IMG/VR virus record: IMGVR_UViG_3300029305_004950
Location: 189,430-253,429 of that record
Origin: a virus
Lineage: Duplodnaviria; Heunggongvirae; Uroviricota; Caudoviricetes
Reading direction: 5' to 3' (one strand)
Length of the DNA: 64,000 nucleotides
Position 1 is the first letter of the stretch, and each line of letters opens with the position of its first letter. The position numbers and the translations under genes were made by a program. This document shows positions 29,405 through 41,100 of this stretch, piece by piece. The notes below the pieces were generated by a model. It was not told where the DNA came from. It saw only the letters and a program-made list of their open reading frames with translations, and made no database searches.

Positions 29405-30193
29405 TTATTTATAAATTTTTAAATTAGTGGGGAAGTAACTATATGTTAAACCATCGTCCTTAATACGAGAATGAGCTACAATTAAATATTTAGCTTTACT
29501 TGGAATACTTTGTTCATTTAAAGTAGTACCTTTGTCTACTTTAATTCTAGCACCTGTCAATTTATAAGAGCCATCAGTAGTAAAGAACTGATAGTAAGCT
29601 GCATTTTCATTATTTGCAGTTATATCAAGTTTTGTATAACCTGTAATATCAATAGGTAAGTAAGAACAGAAATAGTTTGTACTTGTTGTTCCAGCACTTT
29701 CATCTTGATTGTCTAATAAAGTAGTATCAGTTCCATTTAACCAGGTATGATTTAAAACTACAGTCATATCTGCAGTTATAATACCGTCACTTGGCATAGT
29801 TGCCCCATTTGCGTATGGATGTTTTGCAACAGGATTTTCAGGCTCAACAACATCTCCATTACCACCATTATCATCTTCACCAGTAGCAGTATTCTTAGTA
29901 GGAACCTTAATAACAACAGTGCCAGTAACCTTTGCAATACTAATAATGATAGTATTGCCATTAACAGTAACGCCAGAAGTTACAGCAGAACCACCCATAG
30001 TAACAGTAACACCAGCAGCACCTAGTTCATAGCCTTCAGCAATAGTAACAGTTGCATTTAATGCAGCATCCTTGTCAACAACACGATTACCACTATAGGT
30101 AGCACCACTACCTAAAACAGTAGAAATACTCCAAGAAGATAGAGTACCAATGTTAGATGTGCTAAAATTAGCACCAGTTAAAGTAATTATCAT
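29405..30193 (-). CDS. Virion appendage protein; C-terminal domain paralogous to 27145..29385
   Basis: Shared GY.K.DITA......YYQF.....G.R..V.KG....PS.A.YLIVAH.R. Confidence 0.65.
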   Translation of the reverse strand: MIITLTGANFSTSNIGTLSSWSISTVLGSGATYSGNRVVDKDAALNATVTIAEGYELGAAGVTVTMGGSAVTSGVTVNGNTIIISIAKVTGTVVIKVPTKNTATGEDDNGGNGDVVEPENPVAKHPYANGATMPSDGIITADMTVVLNHTWLNGTDTTLLDNQDESAGTTSTNYFCSYLPIDITGYTKLDITANNENAAYYQFFTTDGSYKLTGARIKVDKGTTLNEQSIPSKAKYLIVAHSRIKDDGLTYSYFPTNLKIYK

Positions 30194-30219
30194 AACTTAA
30201 ATTTTCCTCCTTTAAATTT

Positions 30220-30666
30220 TTATCCTAGGATCATTTGACCTAAAACACCAACGCCAAGTATAGAAGAAGTAGCATCAGCATTGATATCGTCATCATTACC
30301 AGTATCATCATTGATGTCTTCATCTACTTCATCAGTTATTACTACAATAGTACCAACAGGAATCTTATTTTCTGAATTAGCAGCTTCATATTCTTCTCTA
30401 GTACCAATCCATGTAGTATTAAATGAACCCTCATTTCCATCACCTTTAGTAAAAGAAATCAATGAACCTAATACTGATAGACCTTTTATATACTCAGTAA
30501 GTCTAGTTTCAAGTTCATCTAAATACATACTTAGTGATGAACTAGGAAAACTACTACCTTCACCACCAGATTTAACATCAACATCTTCAGCATTAACTAG
30601 GAAGAATTGACCACCACCAGTTGAATAACCTTTTGGTTTTATAGTACTTTGTATTTCAACAGCCAT
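30220..30666 (-). CDS. Hypothetical virion protein
   Basis: 148-aa ORF; WIGTREEYEA...IP.GT.V.ITD motif typical of fibre accessory proteins. Confidence 0.6.
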   Translation of the reverse strand: MAVEIQSTIKPKGYSTGGGQFFLVNAEDVDVKSGGEGSSFPSSSLSMYLDELETRLTEYIKGLSVLGSLISFTKGDGNEGSFNTTWIGTREEYEAANSENKIPVGTIVVITDEVDEDINDDTGNDDDINADATSSILGVGVLGQMILG

Positions 30667-30685
30667 ATATCATTTCTCCCTCCTT

Positions 30686-31924
30686 TTAACTAACTTTTAC
30701 AGTTGATGAACCAAGTGCAACCTGATCAGAGAAGTATACATTATAAGATTCTGTATGACCAGAAGCATTTGTTAAATCAAAAGTAGTTTTTAAGAAGAAG
30801 CCACCATCAAAACCACCAACATTAAAATTAGGTGTACCATAATCTGCAGGTAAAGCAAATACAATATACTCACCAGTTCCAGGATTTACTGTAAAGGTAA
30901 TACTCTTGGAACTTTGTAGCTTACGAGTTAAACCTAAGATAGCTGCATTGTCAACAGTTGCACTATTACTAATAACACCATAGTATACACCATTAACAAA
31001 GGATACAGAAGTAGTCTTCTCTGCAGAAGCTCCACGTTCATCAGTAGCTACTATCTTATAGGTTTTCTTACTAGTTAGATTTAAACCACTATAGGTATGA
31101 GTAGTTAGAGTCTTTTCTATAGCAGTACCATCTAATGTTAGACTTTCAGGAGTCTTACTAGTAGCCCATGTTAGAGTAACAGAGTTAACAGTAGAACCAA
31201 TTTCAACAGTACCAACATTGTTAGTAAAGCTACTAATAGTAATTGCTTCATATAGTAAATCAGCTAACTTTGTATTAATCTCATCTATCTCAGTATCATA
31301 AGTTTTAGCTTCGATGATGATAGCTTTATTTTCCTTATCAGGTGTTAAAGTAATGTTAGCACCAGCAGCTAAAACTAGAGAGTCAGTAACATATTCTGCT
31401 GCAACGTTGTCAACATGTGTTATGTCACCTTCTTGAGTTTTTTCAGCAACCTTAACTTCACTGAAAGCATTCTGATTTATAATTTCCTGAACAGTATATC
31501 CGCTATCTTTAAGAACTTTACCAGTATTGTCACTGAATATTGCAACGTTGTCAGTTATAACAACAGTTTCACCTTCTCCACCTTCGCTACCACCACTTTC
31601 AATATCAGGACCAATTACTACTCTATCTAGTTTACTGTTAAGTTCGTCTATTGTAGTTTTAATAACACTGTTTTGTACTGGATTAGTAGAGTTAGCATCT
31701 AACTTACTATCGGCTATAGCTAAACTCTGTGTAAAAGGTAAAGCATTAACATTAGTTTCGCCATCGCCTATTTTTATACGAGGATAGTTATGAGTACTAT
31801 CTACATCGTAGATGATTAATTCACCCTCTTTAGGTGAAAAGTTTATGGCTTTTAGCCAATTGGCTTCAACATCATGCTTATGTTGAATTCTGCCATTGAT
31901 TAACTTTTCAGCCAATTTATACAT
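30686..31924 (-). CDS. Tail fibre-like protein with Mtd_N-type N-terminal domain
   Basis: RIQHKHDVEANW...EGELIIYD...RIKIGDG...VNALPF. Confidence 0.7.
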   Translation of the reverse strand: MYKLAEKLINGRIQHKHDVEANWLKAINFSPKEGELIIYDVDSTHNYPRIKIGDGETNVNALPFTQSLAIADSKLDANSTNPVQNSVIKTTIDELNSKLDRVVIGPDIESGGSEGGEGETVVITDNVAIFSDNTGKVLKDSGYTVQEIINQNAFSEVKVAEKTQEGDITHVDNVAAEYVTDSLVLAAGANITLTPDKENKAIIIEAKTYDTEIDEINTKLADLLYEAITISSFTNNVGTVEIGSTVNSVTLTWATSKTPESLTLDGTAIEKTLTTHTYSGLNLTSKKTYKIVATDERGASAEKTTSVSFVNGVYYGVISNSATVDNAAILGLTRKLQSSKSITFTVNPGTGEYIVFALPADYGTPNFNVGGFDGGFFLKTTFDLTNASGHTESYNVYFSDQVALGSSTVKVS

Positions 31925-32003
31925 CTCCTTTCAATTTATCAATTTCAAAATTTGGAGCAAATAGTGAGATATCATTTCAATCTCACTTTATAATTTTCAT
32001 AAT

Positions 32004-32015
32004 TAATGTAATGTT
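32004..32015 (-). promoter_or_regulatory. Putative late promoter AACA-N6-TA
   Basis: AACA TTACAT TA. Confidence 0.55.
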
Positions 32016-32074
32016 TTTCCGATTGCAAAAAGTATTTGTTTAATCACCTAAAAACGAATTTTTAGGTGATTTTT

Positions 32075-34432
32075 TTAAGATAGAAGAATTTCTTCAATCT
32101 GTTCATCACTTAAGGTACAATTATAAATTCTACAATCATTTAGAATACCCTTTGCAAAACGTCCTTTTCCACCAGTTGTTGTTTGATAACAACCGAGAAG
32201 TAGATTTTCAGGAACTGCAACATATTCAACTTGTTTTGTATTTGTATAAATTTGACCATTTTCATTGTAACATCTTGAAATTGTAATATTGCCATCAGCT
32301 GCCTTTCTATAAACAACCTTTGCTCGTTGTAGATCAGCATTTGCAATATTACCACCTTGAGAGTTAGAAGAAATATTTAAATCTTGTCTAAACTCAGATA
32401 TTATACCATTAGGACCATATTGTAGGATTAAGCCAGGATAAGGATATGCTTCTGTCATACAGTGAGCAACAACATATTTACTTGCAACGAAAGAGCTTTC
32501 TCCAGTATGAGTCCAATCAATAAAAATAGTAAAAGGTGTGTCTGTTGCTAGAGGACTGATACCAGTATCAATATAGTTTGTACCATCAAATTCGGTTACA
32601 GCAGGTAGACTATATAGTAAAGTTGAATCATCAGGAATAGTAGAATCTTGAATTCCACTGATTGCAACAAAACATGTAGCATAACATTCACCACAAGTTG
32701 CAGTAATAATTGCATTTCCATTAAATATAGCGGTAACAACACCATCTTTTACAGTAGCAACACTGTCATCATTAGTAGACCATATAATTCTATCTGTAGT
32801 ATTTATTGGTTCAACAGTTGCTATTAATGTTTGAGTTCCCCTACTAGTAAATACAAGTTCGGTTACAGATAATGTAATACCAGTACATGGTACTCTTTCG
32901 ATTGGTGATAACATATTGAAATAGTGATCAGTCCAATCTCGTCTTAAAACAGCAAAGTTTCTTATTTGCTGAATATTGTTTCTTGCAATAGATGGAATTC
33001 CAACATAATTTCCATTAGCAGTAGTAGATGCATAATCTTCTTTTATTAAGTCAGAAGATATAACATCTGTAAATCGTTCAAATCTATTAATGATATTTGA
33101 TAAAGATAATGCAGAATTTTTTAATTCTATCCAACGATCTTGAAGTTCTTTATAGAAATTTTGCTCTAAACGTTCATATAGTAAATTTCCTTGACGTTCA
33201 TTTACCATATCTTCGAAACTTGTACGAGCATAATCATAAGAAACAAGTGTTTCTCCATTCCAATATAAACCCCATGTACTGTCCATATCATACATAGATG
33301 CAATCCATTTATTGCCATCATATGTCATGTATATTTGATTCTTACCATAAGAATCAAGTCCACACATAGCAATACCAAATATATGGTAATCTAATAGACT
33401 TGGTATATCAAAATAGTTATCTAAGTTTGTTTTAAATTCTTCATCAGAACTATTTATAACAAAATCAATTACTTCAGTCCATCTAGCCTTAATACTATTA
33501 GGACATGAATCATGAATTTCATCAGACCAATCACTTTCATCAATAATTGGTAGTGCTCTAAAACAACCACTATCATAATTCTCTCCACAAAGAATACAAT
33601 GCGAATCAATACTATCATCCATATTTGTCATCCAAGCATCTTTTGGAATATTCCAAGTATATCTACCTTGATAAACTCCATTATAATAAACCTTTATAAA
33701 AAATCCATCAATTGCTCCTTGATTTGGACTTGTAGTTAATAATTCAGGAAGTTCATTATAGTTTTTACGAGTTTTTACAATATCAGACCATATTCTTGCT
33801 GAAACAATATTTCTTGCATGAGAAATATCTATCCAATTTGCTTTTAAACAGAACTTATTCTGTTCTCCCCAACATCTAAAGTTATTTTTTAATTTTATTG
33901 TACGTTCTTTATCTTCGAATAATTTAATAGTAAAATTCTTTTTAGGATATCTTAATGAAGATGTACCTTGACACTTAATTTTTATATAAGAATGAAACTT
34001 AAGCGTCTTTGATATATAAGTCATTTCAGCTATTACATCATCTTTTGTAGTAGGCATTTCACCAGTAATAAAAACTTTTGGAATATCATTATTTGCTGGT
34101 TCAATTATAGTCATAGAAATTTCTTCTAATTTAGCTTGTAAACCTTCTATATTAGTCATACTATGATTATGACTAGAATCATTAACAGTAATATTACCAA
34201 AAGAATCTACATTAATATCTCCACCAGTTTTTATACTATACACAAATGGTAAATCATTAACAGTAGTTTCACCATCGCCTATTTTTATACGTGTATAAGA
34301 ATACTTATTATCAACATCGTATACGATTAATTCACCAGCTTTAGGTATGAAATTTGTAGCTGCTAACCATTTATCTTCAATATCATGTTTATTTTGTATT
34401 CTAGTATTAATTGGTGTCTCAATCATATACAA
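32075..34432 (-). CDS. Virion protein: Mtd_N-like domain, CotH-kinase-like domain, Ig-like (Big_2) domain and C-terminal lectin-like domain
   Basis: KCQGTSS..YPKKNF.IK, FCLKANWID.SHARN, DSYGKN and MYDMDSTWG; CTGITLS...L.ATVEP.NTTD.I.WS...SVATVKDGVVTA..NG.A.ITATCG. Confidence 0.75.
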   Translation of the reverse strand: MYMIETPINTRIQNKHDIEDKWLAATNFIPKAGELIVYDVDNKYSYTRIKIGDGETTVNDLPFVYSIKTGGDINVDSFGNITVNDSSHNHSMTNIEGLQAKLEEISMTIIEPANNDIPKVFITGEMPTTKDDVIAEMTYISKTLKFHSYIKIKCQGTSSLRYPKKNFTIKLFEDKERTIKLKNNFRCWGEQNKFCLKANWIDISHARNIVSARIWSDIVKTRKNYNELPELLTTSPNQGAIDGFFIKVYYNGVYQGRYTWNIPKDAWMTNMDDSIDSHCILCGENYDSGCFRALPIIDESDWSDEIHDSCPNSIKARWTEVIDFVINSSDEEFKTNLDNYFDIPSLLDYHIFGIAMCGLDSYGKNQIYMTYDGNKWIASMYDMDSTWGLYWNGETLVSYDYARTSFEDMVNERQGNLLYERLEQNFYKELQDRWIELKNSALSLSNIINRFERFTDVISSDLIKEDYASTTANGNYVGIPSIARNNIQQIRNFAVLRRDWTDHYFNMLSPIERVPCTGITLSVTELVFTSRGTQTLIATVEPINTTDRIIWSTNDDSVATVKDGVVTAIFNGNAIITATCGECYATCFVAISGIQDSTIPDDSTLLYSLPAVTEFDGTNYIDTGISPLATDTPFTIFIDWTHTGESSFVASKYVVAHCMTEAYPYPGLILQYGPNGIISEFRQDLNISSNSQGGNIANADLQRAKVVYRKAADGNITISRCYNENGQIYTNTKQVEYVAVPENLLLGCYQTTTGGKGRFAKGILNDCRIYNCTLSDEQIEEILLS

Positions 34433-34472
34433 TATCTCCTTTCAATTTATTAGCTTCAGAATTTTTAAAGAA

Positions 34473-34504
34473 AAGGGTAAACCATTATTTCAGGTTTACC
34501 CTTT
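34473..34504 (-). terminator. Intrinsic terminator
   Basis: AAAAGGGTAAACC/GGTTTACCCTTTT inverted repeat. Confidence 0.75.
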
Positions 34505-34515
34505 TTATATTTTAG

Positions 34516-35160
34516 TTAAATTATAATACCATATTCAATACTATTGATCTTTTCAATATCGTATAAGCTTTTTATATAATGTTTTAGCTTATTAAAGTAT
34601 GTTGTATGATATATTTTATGTTCATCAGCAGTTTTAATCAATAATAATATATCTTTTGCCTTATAGCTCTTACATAAACTATCGGTTTCATGATATACTA
34701 CTTCTTTTGAACCTGATTCAATCAATGATTTAAGAGAGATTAGATTGATTTGATCTTCTATTGTTAATCTGAAATGATGTTTCTTATTGTCACTAAAAGT
34801 AACAGTAACACCATTAACAATAGTTTGATTGCAAATCTTACTCATTTCTTCTATCTTTTTCTCTCTTATATCATTTAGTATACTTTCATCTCCACAAACA
34901 GTGTCACCACTCTCTATCAGATGAGAAAGATTTTCATACTCAGATTCTGAGATTTCTACTAAAGATACAGTTTTATAACCAGAACCTTCAGGATAGGGCA
35001 TACCCTGAACGTGATACTTCTCTTTATTATCAGAAGCTAAAATGCAGTTTGCACTAGGTCTGTCTGTCATAACAGCAATTTTAGCTTTTTGTAAAAATCT
35101 CATGTATTTTACTTCTTTTAAAATGTCAATAACTATGCTTTCATGAACTATTTTATACAT
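34516..35160 (-). CDS. DUF4376-like tail fibre assembly protein
   Basis: REKKIEEMS..C...I.NG......HF.LT.EDQINL. Start moved to 35160 behind GGAGG. Confidence 0.6.
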   Translation of the reverse strand: MYKIVHESIVIDILKEVKYMRFLQKAKIAVMTDRPSANCILASDNKEKYHVQGMPYPEGSGYKTVSLVEISESEYENLSHLIESGDTVCGDESILNDIREKKIEEMSKICNQTIVNGVTVTFSDNKKHHFRLTIEDQINLISLKSLIESGSKEVVYHETDSLCKSYKAKDILLLIKTADEHKIYHTTYFNKLKHYIKSLYDIEKINSIEYGIII

Positions 35161-35161
35161 A

Positions 35162-38100
35162 TCACATTTCCTCCACATAGTTATAGTTTACAGTTGCGTT
35201 AACAGCACCCCATCTAGAGCTATCACCTGAAACGTCACCCTTAGACCAAGGTACATTGATTGTAGTAAGGTTAGGACAGTCATCGAAAGCTTCAGCATGT
35301 ATTGTTAGTGAACTATAATCGATATCTGCACTGAAAGTAATTTCAGTTAAGTCCTTACACTGACCGAAACCATACATACCTATATAAGTAATGTTCTTAG
35401 GAATATATACTTCAGTAAATCCACAATCATAGAATCCCATGGATCCTATACTAGTAACGCTTTCAGGAATTTTAACAGTCTTAAGAGACTTACAACCAGC
35501 AAATGAATAGCTTTCAATTCTAGTAAGACTTTCAGGTAAATCAAGTAAAGTTAGTTTCGTACAACCCCAGAATGCATATGGTGCTATTACACCTATAGTA
35601 TTGGGTAAGTAGATTATTTCTAAATCTGCCTTATCTTTAAAACCTGTTACTTCCTTAACTCCTCCACCTATACCTATCTTATAAACTAGATATGTCTTAT
35701 CTAAATCATAAGTAGAAGGAATTCTACCAATAGCATTAACACCATTATATATGTCAAGAGATATAGCATCTTTGACACCATCTTGGTTTGAATCCATTAG
35801 AGAATAATCGAAATCAGATAATACAAATTGGTATACAGTATCTTCACTACCAATGAAATAGTACTGAGCATAACAGTTCATAGTACCAGTAATAGCTTCA
35901 GGTTTAGGTTGCCATCCCACAAATTCATATAGATCAGGATGCTTAGTATCTAACTTTATAGGTAGATCACCAACAAATATAGCATCACTACCATATTCTG
36001 TTCTTGCGGTATAGATTAGACTATCAGCATTATAGAAGTTTATATCGTAGCTCTTTATAGCTTTATGGAATGCAATGTAAACAGTAATATCCTCATCAAT
36101 CTTCTTTAAAGCATTAGGATCAGGATCACCATTTGCTATTCTAGACCAACCACCATATGTGAAATCATACTGAGCAGTACTGTCTTTTGTAGGCTTTGCA
36201 TACATACCATCCTTAATAATGTCAGTAGCATTTTCACCATTATAAATAGTGTACTGATGTAAGACTGTAGTTCCTTCATCATTCATATATGTGATGTCAG
36301 CTACTAATGTATCATAAGTAACGGTTAATTCAGGATATACCTTGTTCATCTTCTTTAACATAGTACCTCTAATAGTAGGTACATGTACAGAACCAGAGAT
36401 TAAAGGATAACGATTTGCATCGTCTATATGAGTTCCACTTGCATCAATATACTTACCCTTAGCATCATCACTTAGTAGTAATCTTACGAAAGAATCATCT
36501 TCTAAACTTTCATGTAGACCAACAATTCTGATACCACCAGTTAATTGAGACATATAGTTTTTAAGAATATCAAATACAGGGATATTAGGAGTATTTTCAA
36601 TGTGTAGTCTATTTAGTGAATCATAACTTGTACATTCGAATATCTTAAGATTTGCTTGGTTTAAGATTTCAAGGTCAACGATATCACCAAGATATAGTTC
36701 TTCAACTACACCACCATTAGCTAGTATTACAGACTGAACACTAGACTTAGATGCATATAGTCTCTTTAAGATACCATTCTTGGATAGATCTAAGTTACCT
36801 AATGCAGTACAACCCATAACATTTAATTCTTCAAGTAGTCTACAACTAGAAGTGTCAATTTTCTTTAACTGAACGTTTTCATAACCTTCTTCGTCTGAAC
36901 CAATTGTTAAATGTCTTATACCAGTTGCATTTTGTAACTGTAATTCATAAGGTCTAAACTTTGAAATATCACCAATATCGGTAAGGAATGTACCACCAGC
37001 AATATAGATAGTATCAGAGAAACCGACCTTATCACTAGATGTTGAACCTGGCTTTGTAACTACACATACATTACCAGCATCAGTTTTTGCACCAGAAATA
37101 ACAGCAGCATCACCATCACCAAATTTTACAGCAGGATATAAAGTCTGGTTAGCAGTTATAGAAATACCACTATTGATAGCAGATACACCGCCATTAGTAC
37201 CACAACGGAAGTTAATGTTGTTGTTTAAGAATTTCTTACACTTATACTTACTGTATAACATGTTAGAACGTCTATAAATGAAAGCGTCTTTCTGTTCAGT
37301 ACGGCTACCACGTTGTAAGTACTTATAGTCAGAAATATGACGTACAGGGTTACCTTCAGATGAATAGTCTACGAAACCTTCAACCCAAGGATCTTCGTAC
37401 TTATAAGTCATATCTTGGTTGACTACTGCAGGACATACAAGCTTAGCATTACCTTCAATATGCACTTTATATAGAGCTTCATAGCTTAAAGCACCTTCTT
37501 CAACTTTTTTCTCAGTTAATTCTTGTGCAGTAGCTTGAATCTTATTTGCAAATGCATCTTCAAACATTAACCATAGTCTTGATTCATAACCATTGAACTT
37601 CTGAGTACCATTTAGCTGATAGCTCCAGTCAGCATAATAAGGAATCTGAAGATAACCAGAGTTTTCAACACCATAACCAGAGTCAAGGTCATATAGAGAA
37701 GGATACCAAATAGCAAAGGAAGAATTCTCCCAATCTATCATATTAGCATTAACTTCACCAGTATCCATGTTGATAACGTCATTAATAGAAATTTCGTTAC
37801 CATGTATATCAATTAATTGTTCTGCGTGAACATCTTCGCATTTAATGAATAGGTTCTTTGCACGGTTATCACATAATGCAATGAATTCCATGAATAGATA
37901 GTAAACTAATGTATGATTTAGATTAAAGTGTCTTTCAAATTCTCTTACGAAAATTGCTTTACGATAATCATATTCACTATAATACTCAACACCTTGATAA
38001 GTATAAGGAACATCTAATGTATCAGTTGAAGCATCCCAGAAATTAGCTCTCTGATATACCCAAGTAAAGAGTAATTGTAGATAATCATAATTAGGTTCTA

Positions 38101-41100
38101 ATCCTTCATCTTCAAGGTCACCCTGATCAGGATACATTGACTCTAAACCAAGTGTTACACGTTTAACTTGTGAGCCTTCTTCAGTTTTAACCATTTCATA
38201 GAAACGGTCAGTTTGGAAAGAACATAGAGCTTCAGTGTTGTTTAGGAATTCCCATTTCTGACGAGTAGTATTATTACCACTATCTCCATCACATTCTAGA
38301 CCGAAAGTCTTAGAGTTACTCTTATCGTTGTTTAATGCACCATCACCAACAAAGTAGATGTCACCATTTTCATGATTTCGTCTAAATAATAGACAACGGA
38401 ATCCATAAATGGTATTCTGTACACGAGGATCTTCTAACTGAGAAGGTGTAATATCAGTAAATAGAGTATCAGCTAAGTTTGCGTTAAATGTATTAGCATG
38501 GTCTGAGGACATGAAGTCAGCTTTCCAACATAATGTGGATTCAGGAATAGAAAGTGCATTACCTTCTTCATCAAGACCCTTAAGAGCATACTTGAATTTT
38601 GAAGATTCACCATTTTTATCAAATCTTAGATAGAACTTAAAGTTCTTAATGGGGAATTTAACTGAAGAAGTACCCTGTACTTTATTATAACATAAATATC
38701 TTCCATTAGAATCTCTATCCATTAATGAGAACTCAGTAGTATAACTACCATTACCATCAGGCTTAGTAAGAATAGAACCACTATATCTTGTACCACCAGT
38801 ATTTCTATCATCATCTTTATAAGGAGATAGATCACCAGTAATTAGTAAACAAGGATACTTATTAATTGCTTTGTAGTAATCAATATCTATATCAGAAGTA
38901 TTATCGGTTAATATGTCATTATCTTCAAATCTACTAATCTTATCCTGTACAACAACAGGAGAAGCTTTATAGTTCTGAAGAATTTCATCCTTATTAAGAC
39001 CACGATTATAAATACGTATATCATATACATTTAAGATACAAGTATTACTACCCATCTTAATGTACTTATCACTTACAAATCTTGCATTATCAGGATAAAT
39101 AAAGGACTTTGCAAATTCGCCATTGATAAAGATATTTATACACTGACCAGTAATTAGTTCACCATTATCATTTGTATAACTTATAGATTTTAAAGGTTGG
39201 ATAACAAAGCTTACTCTTATACGAGTATTATCCTTGATATATGCAGCTGCAATACTTTCTTCATTTTCAATGAAACCAGTACTATCAAGTTTTACATTTT
39301 GACCATTAGCTGATAGTAAGTAACAAGACTGAGGAGTAATTACAAAACCAGCATGATCATTTGACATACATTCAATAATACGAGCATTTATATCAGTTAC
39401 ATTAGTAACCTTAAATTCGATTTCAAAAGTTCTACCACTAGTTGTAACTGTAGCATCAGCTATATTTTCAAGATTGACAATTTGTCCCTCTTTATCTATA
39501 TAGTTAGTAGAGAACATAGGTAGTTCAATAGTATGACGAGAGTCACCACTTAAAGTTAGAGACTCATTATCAATATAACCATTAGAAACCCAGTTAAAAC
39601 CAGTAAATTGTCCTTCTATTTGTGTTTTAACACCATTAGAAGTTGTATAAGCATACTTATATACATCTTTATTTACGTCATTATTACTACGACCATTTGC
39701 ACTATAGCTATAAATTAAGCCTGTAGAAACAGATTTTAAGTCGTATTTACTTTGAATCTCGTTGATTGTTAATTCAACAGTTCTAATAGTTTCTTTACTC
39801 TTAAATTCGATATATACAGTACCAGATGAGGGATAAGAAGTACCATTCCATGATTGCTGTTTGTTGTTAATAATACCAACAAGTTCAGTTGTATCATAAA
39901 CAATCTCATTATCTTGATCATCTTTACTATATACACGAATAGATAACTCATCAGTAGTTTCTTGATTGGGTGTATATACTACATAATCTAGGCTTATTAT
40001 ATCACCATAATTGTATTCGGTTTGTTTACAGTTTACACCAATCATAGGTGCAGTACCATTTCCATCATCATACAGAATAGCATACTGTAGAACATTGGAC
40101 ATTGCACCGTCTTCAGTTTTGAAATATACTTTTAGATCATGTACACCATATTCATATTTTCCAAGCATCTCAATAATCTGAGGAATTAGGGTATTATGAC
40201 TAGTGCCGATATTAATCTCATAGCATATTTCGTCATCAATCTCAAAATAAACTGTCTTATTTAAGTTAAGACCTATACATAGATATTTAAATTCAAAGTT
40301 ACCAGTATATCTAGCATAAGGATTAAAGTTTCTATCTGCTGAGATACCAGCCTCAACCTGTGTAATTTGGAAAGTTAATGAACGCTTATATTCCTCGCCA
40401 GATTCACCACCGATAACGGTAAACTGAATGTCAACAGGAGTATCTTTAACAAGAATACCAGCTACGTCTATTGAGAATGGAGTGCCTTGTAGAACGTTTA
40501 TAACTCTTCTAAAGGGAATCCATTCACTATCAGTACTTAATTTATAAGAAATCTCAACAGTACCAGATTTACCAGTGGATACATTACCCCATTTTTCATA
40601 GAATTCAATACTGATTAAATTCTGTTTTGATTGAGCAACAGTAAGAATGTTTGAAGACATTTTGTTTACTATACGTAAACTATAACCTTCTACACCACCA
40701 CCGCCGCCACCGACAATTGTAACAGAATTTCCTACAGGTTCACCTTTTGAAGTTAGATATAACTGATTGGTTCCTTCATTATAGTATAAACCATCAACAG
40801 CATCTGCGTCTATAAAATCTTGTAGATTGTTTTTAAGATAACTTAATTCGTTACCAAGAGATCTAACTGCTTCGCCTGCAGTTTCATAAGTAGTACCATC
40901 ATAACTAACTCTAATGTCAGCTAATTCTGCATCACCTGTGGTTGAACCATCTTTTAATGCAACAAAAGTATCCATTCTAGAGTTAGCAACTGCAATACCA
41001 GTTTCATTTGTTTCTACTCTAGCAGTAAGATCGGCAATATCCGTATTAATACTTGCAATTTCATTAGTAATATTTTCTAAACTACCATTTTCACCTTCAC

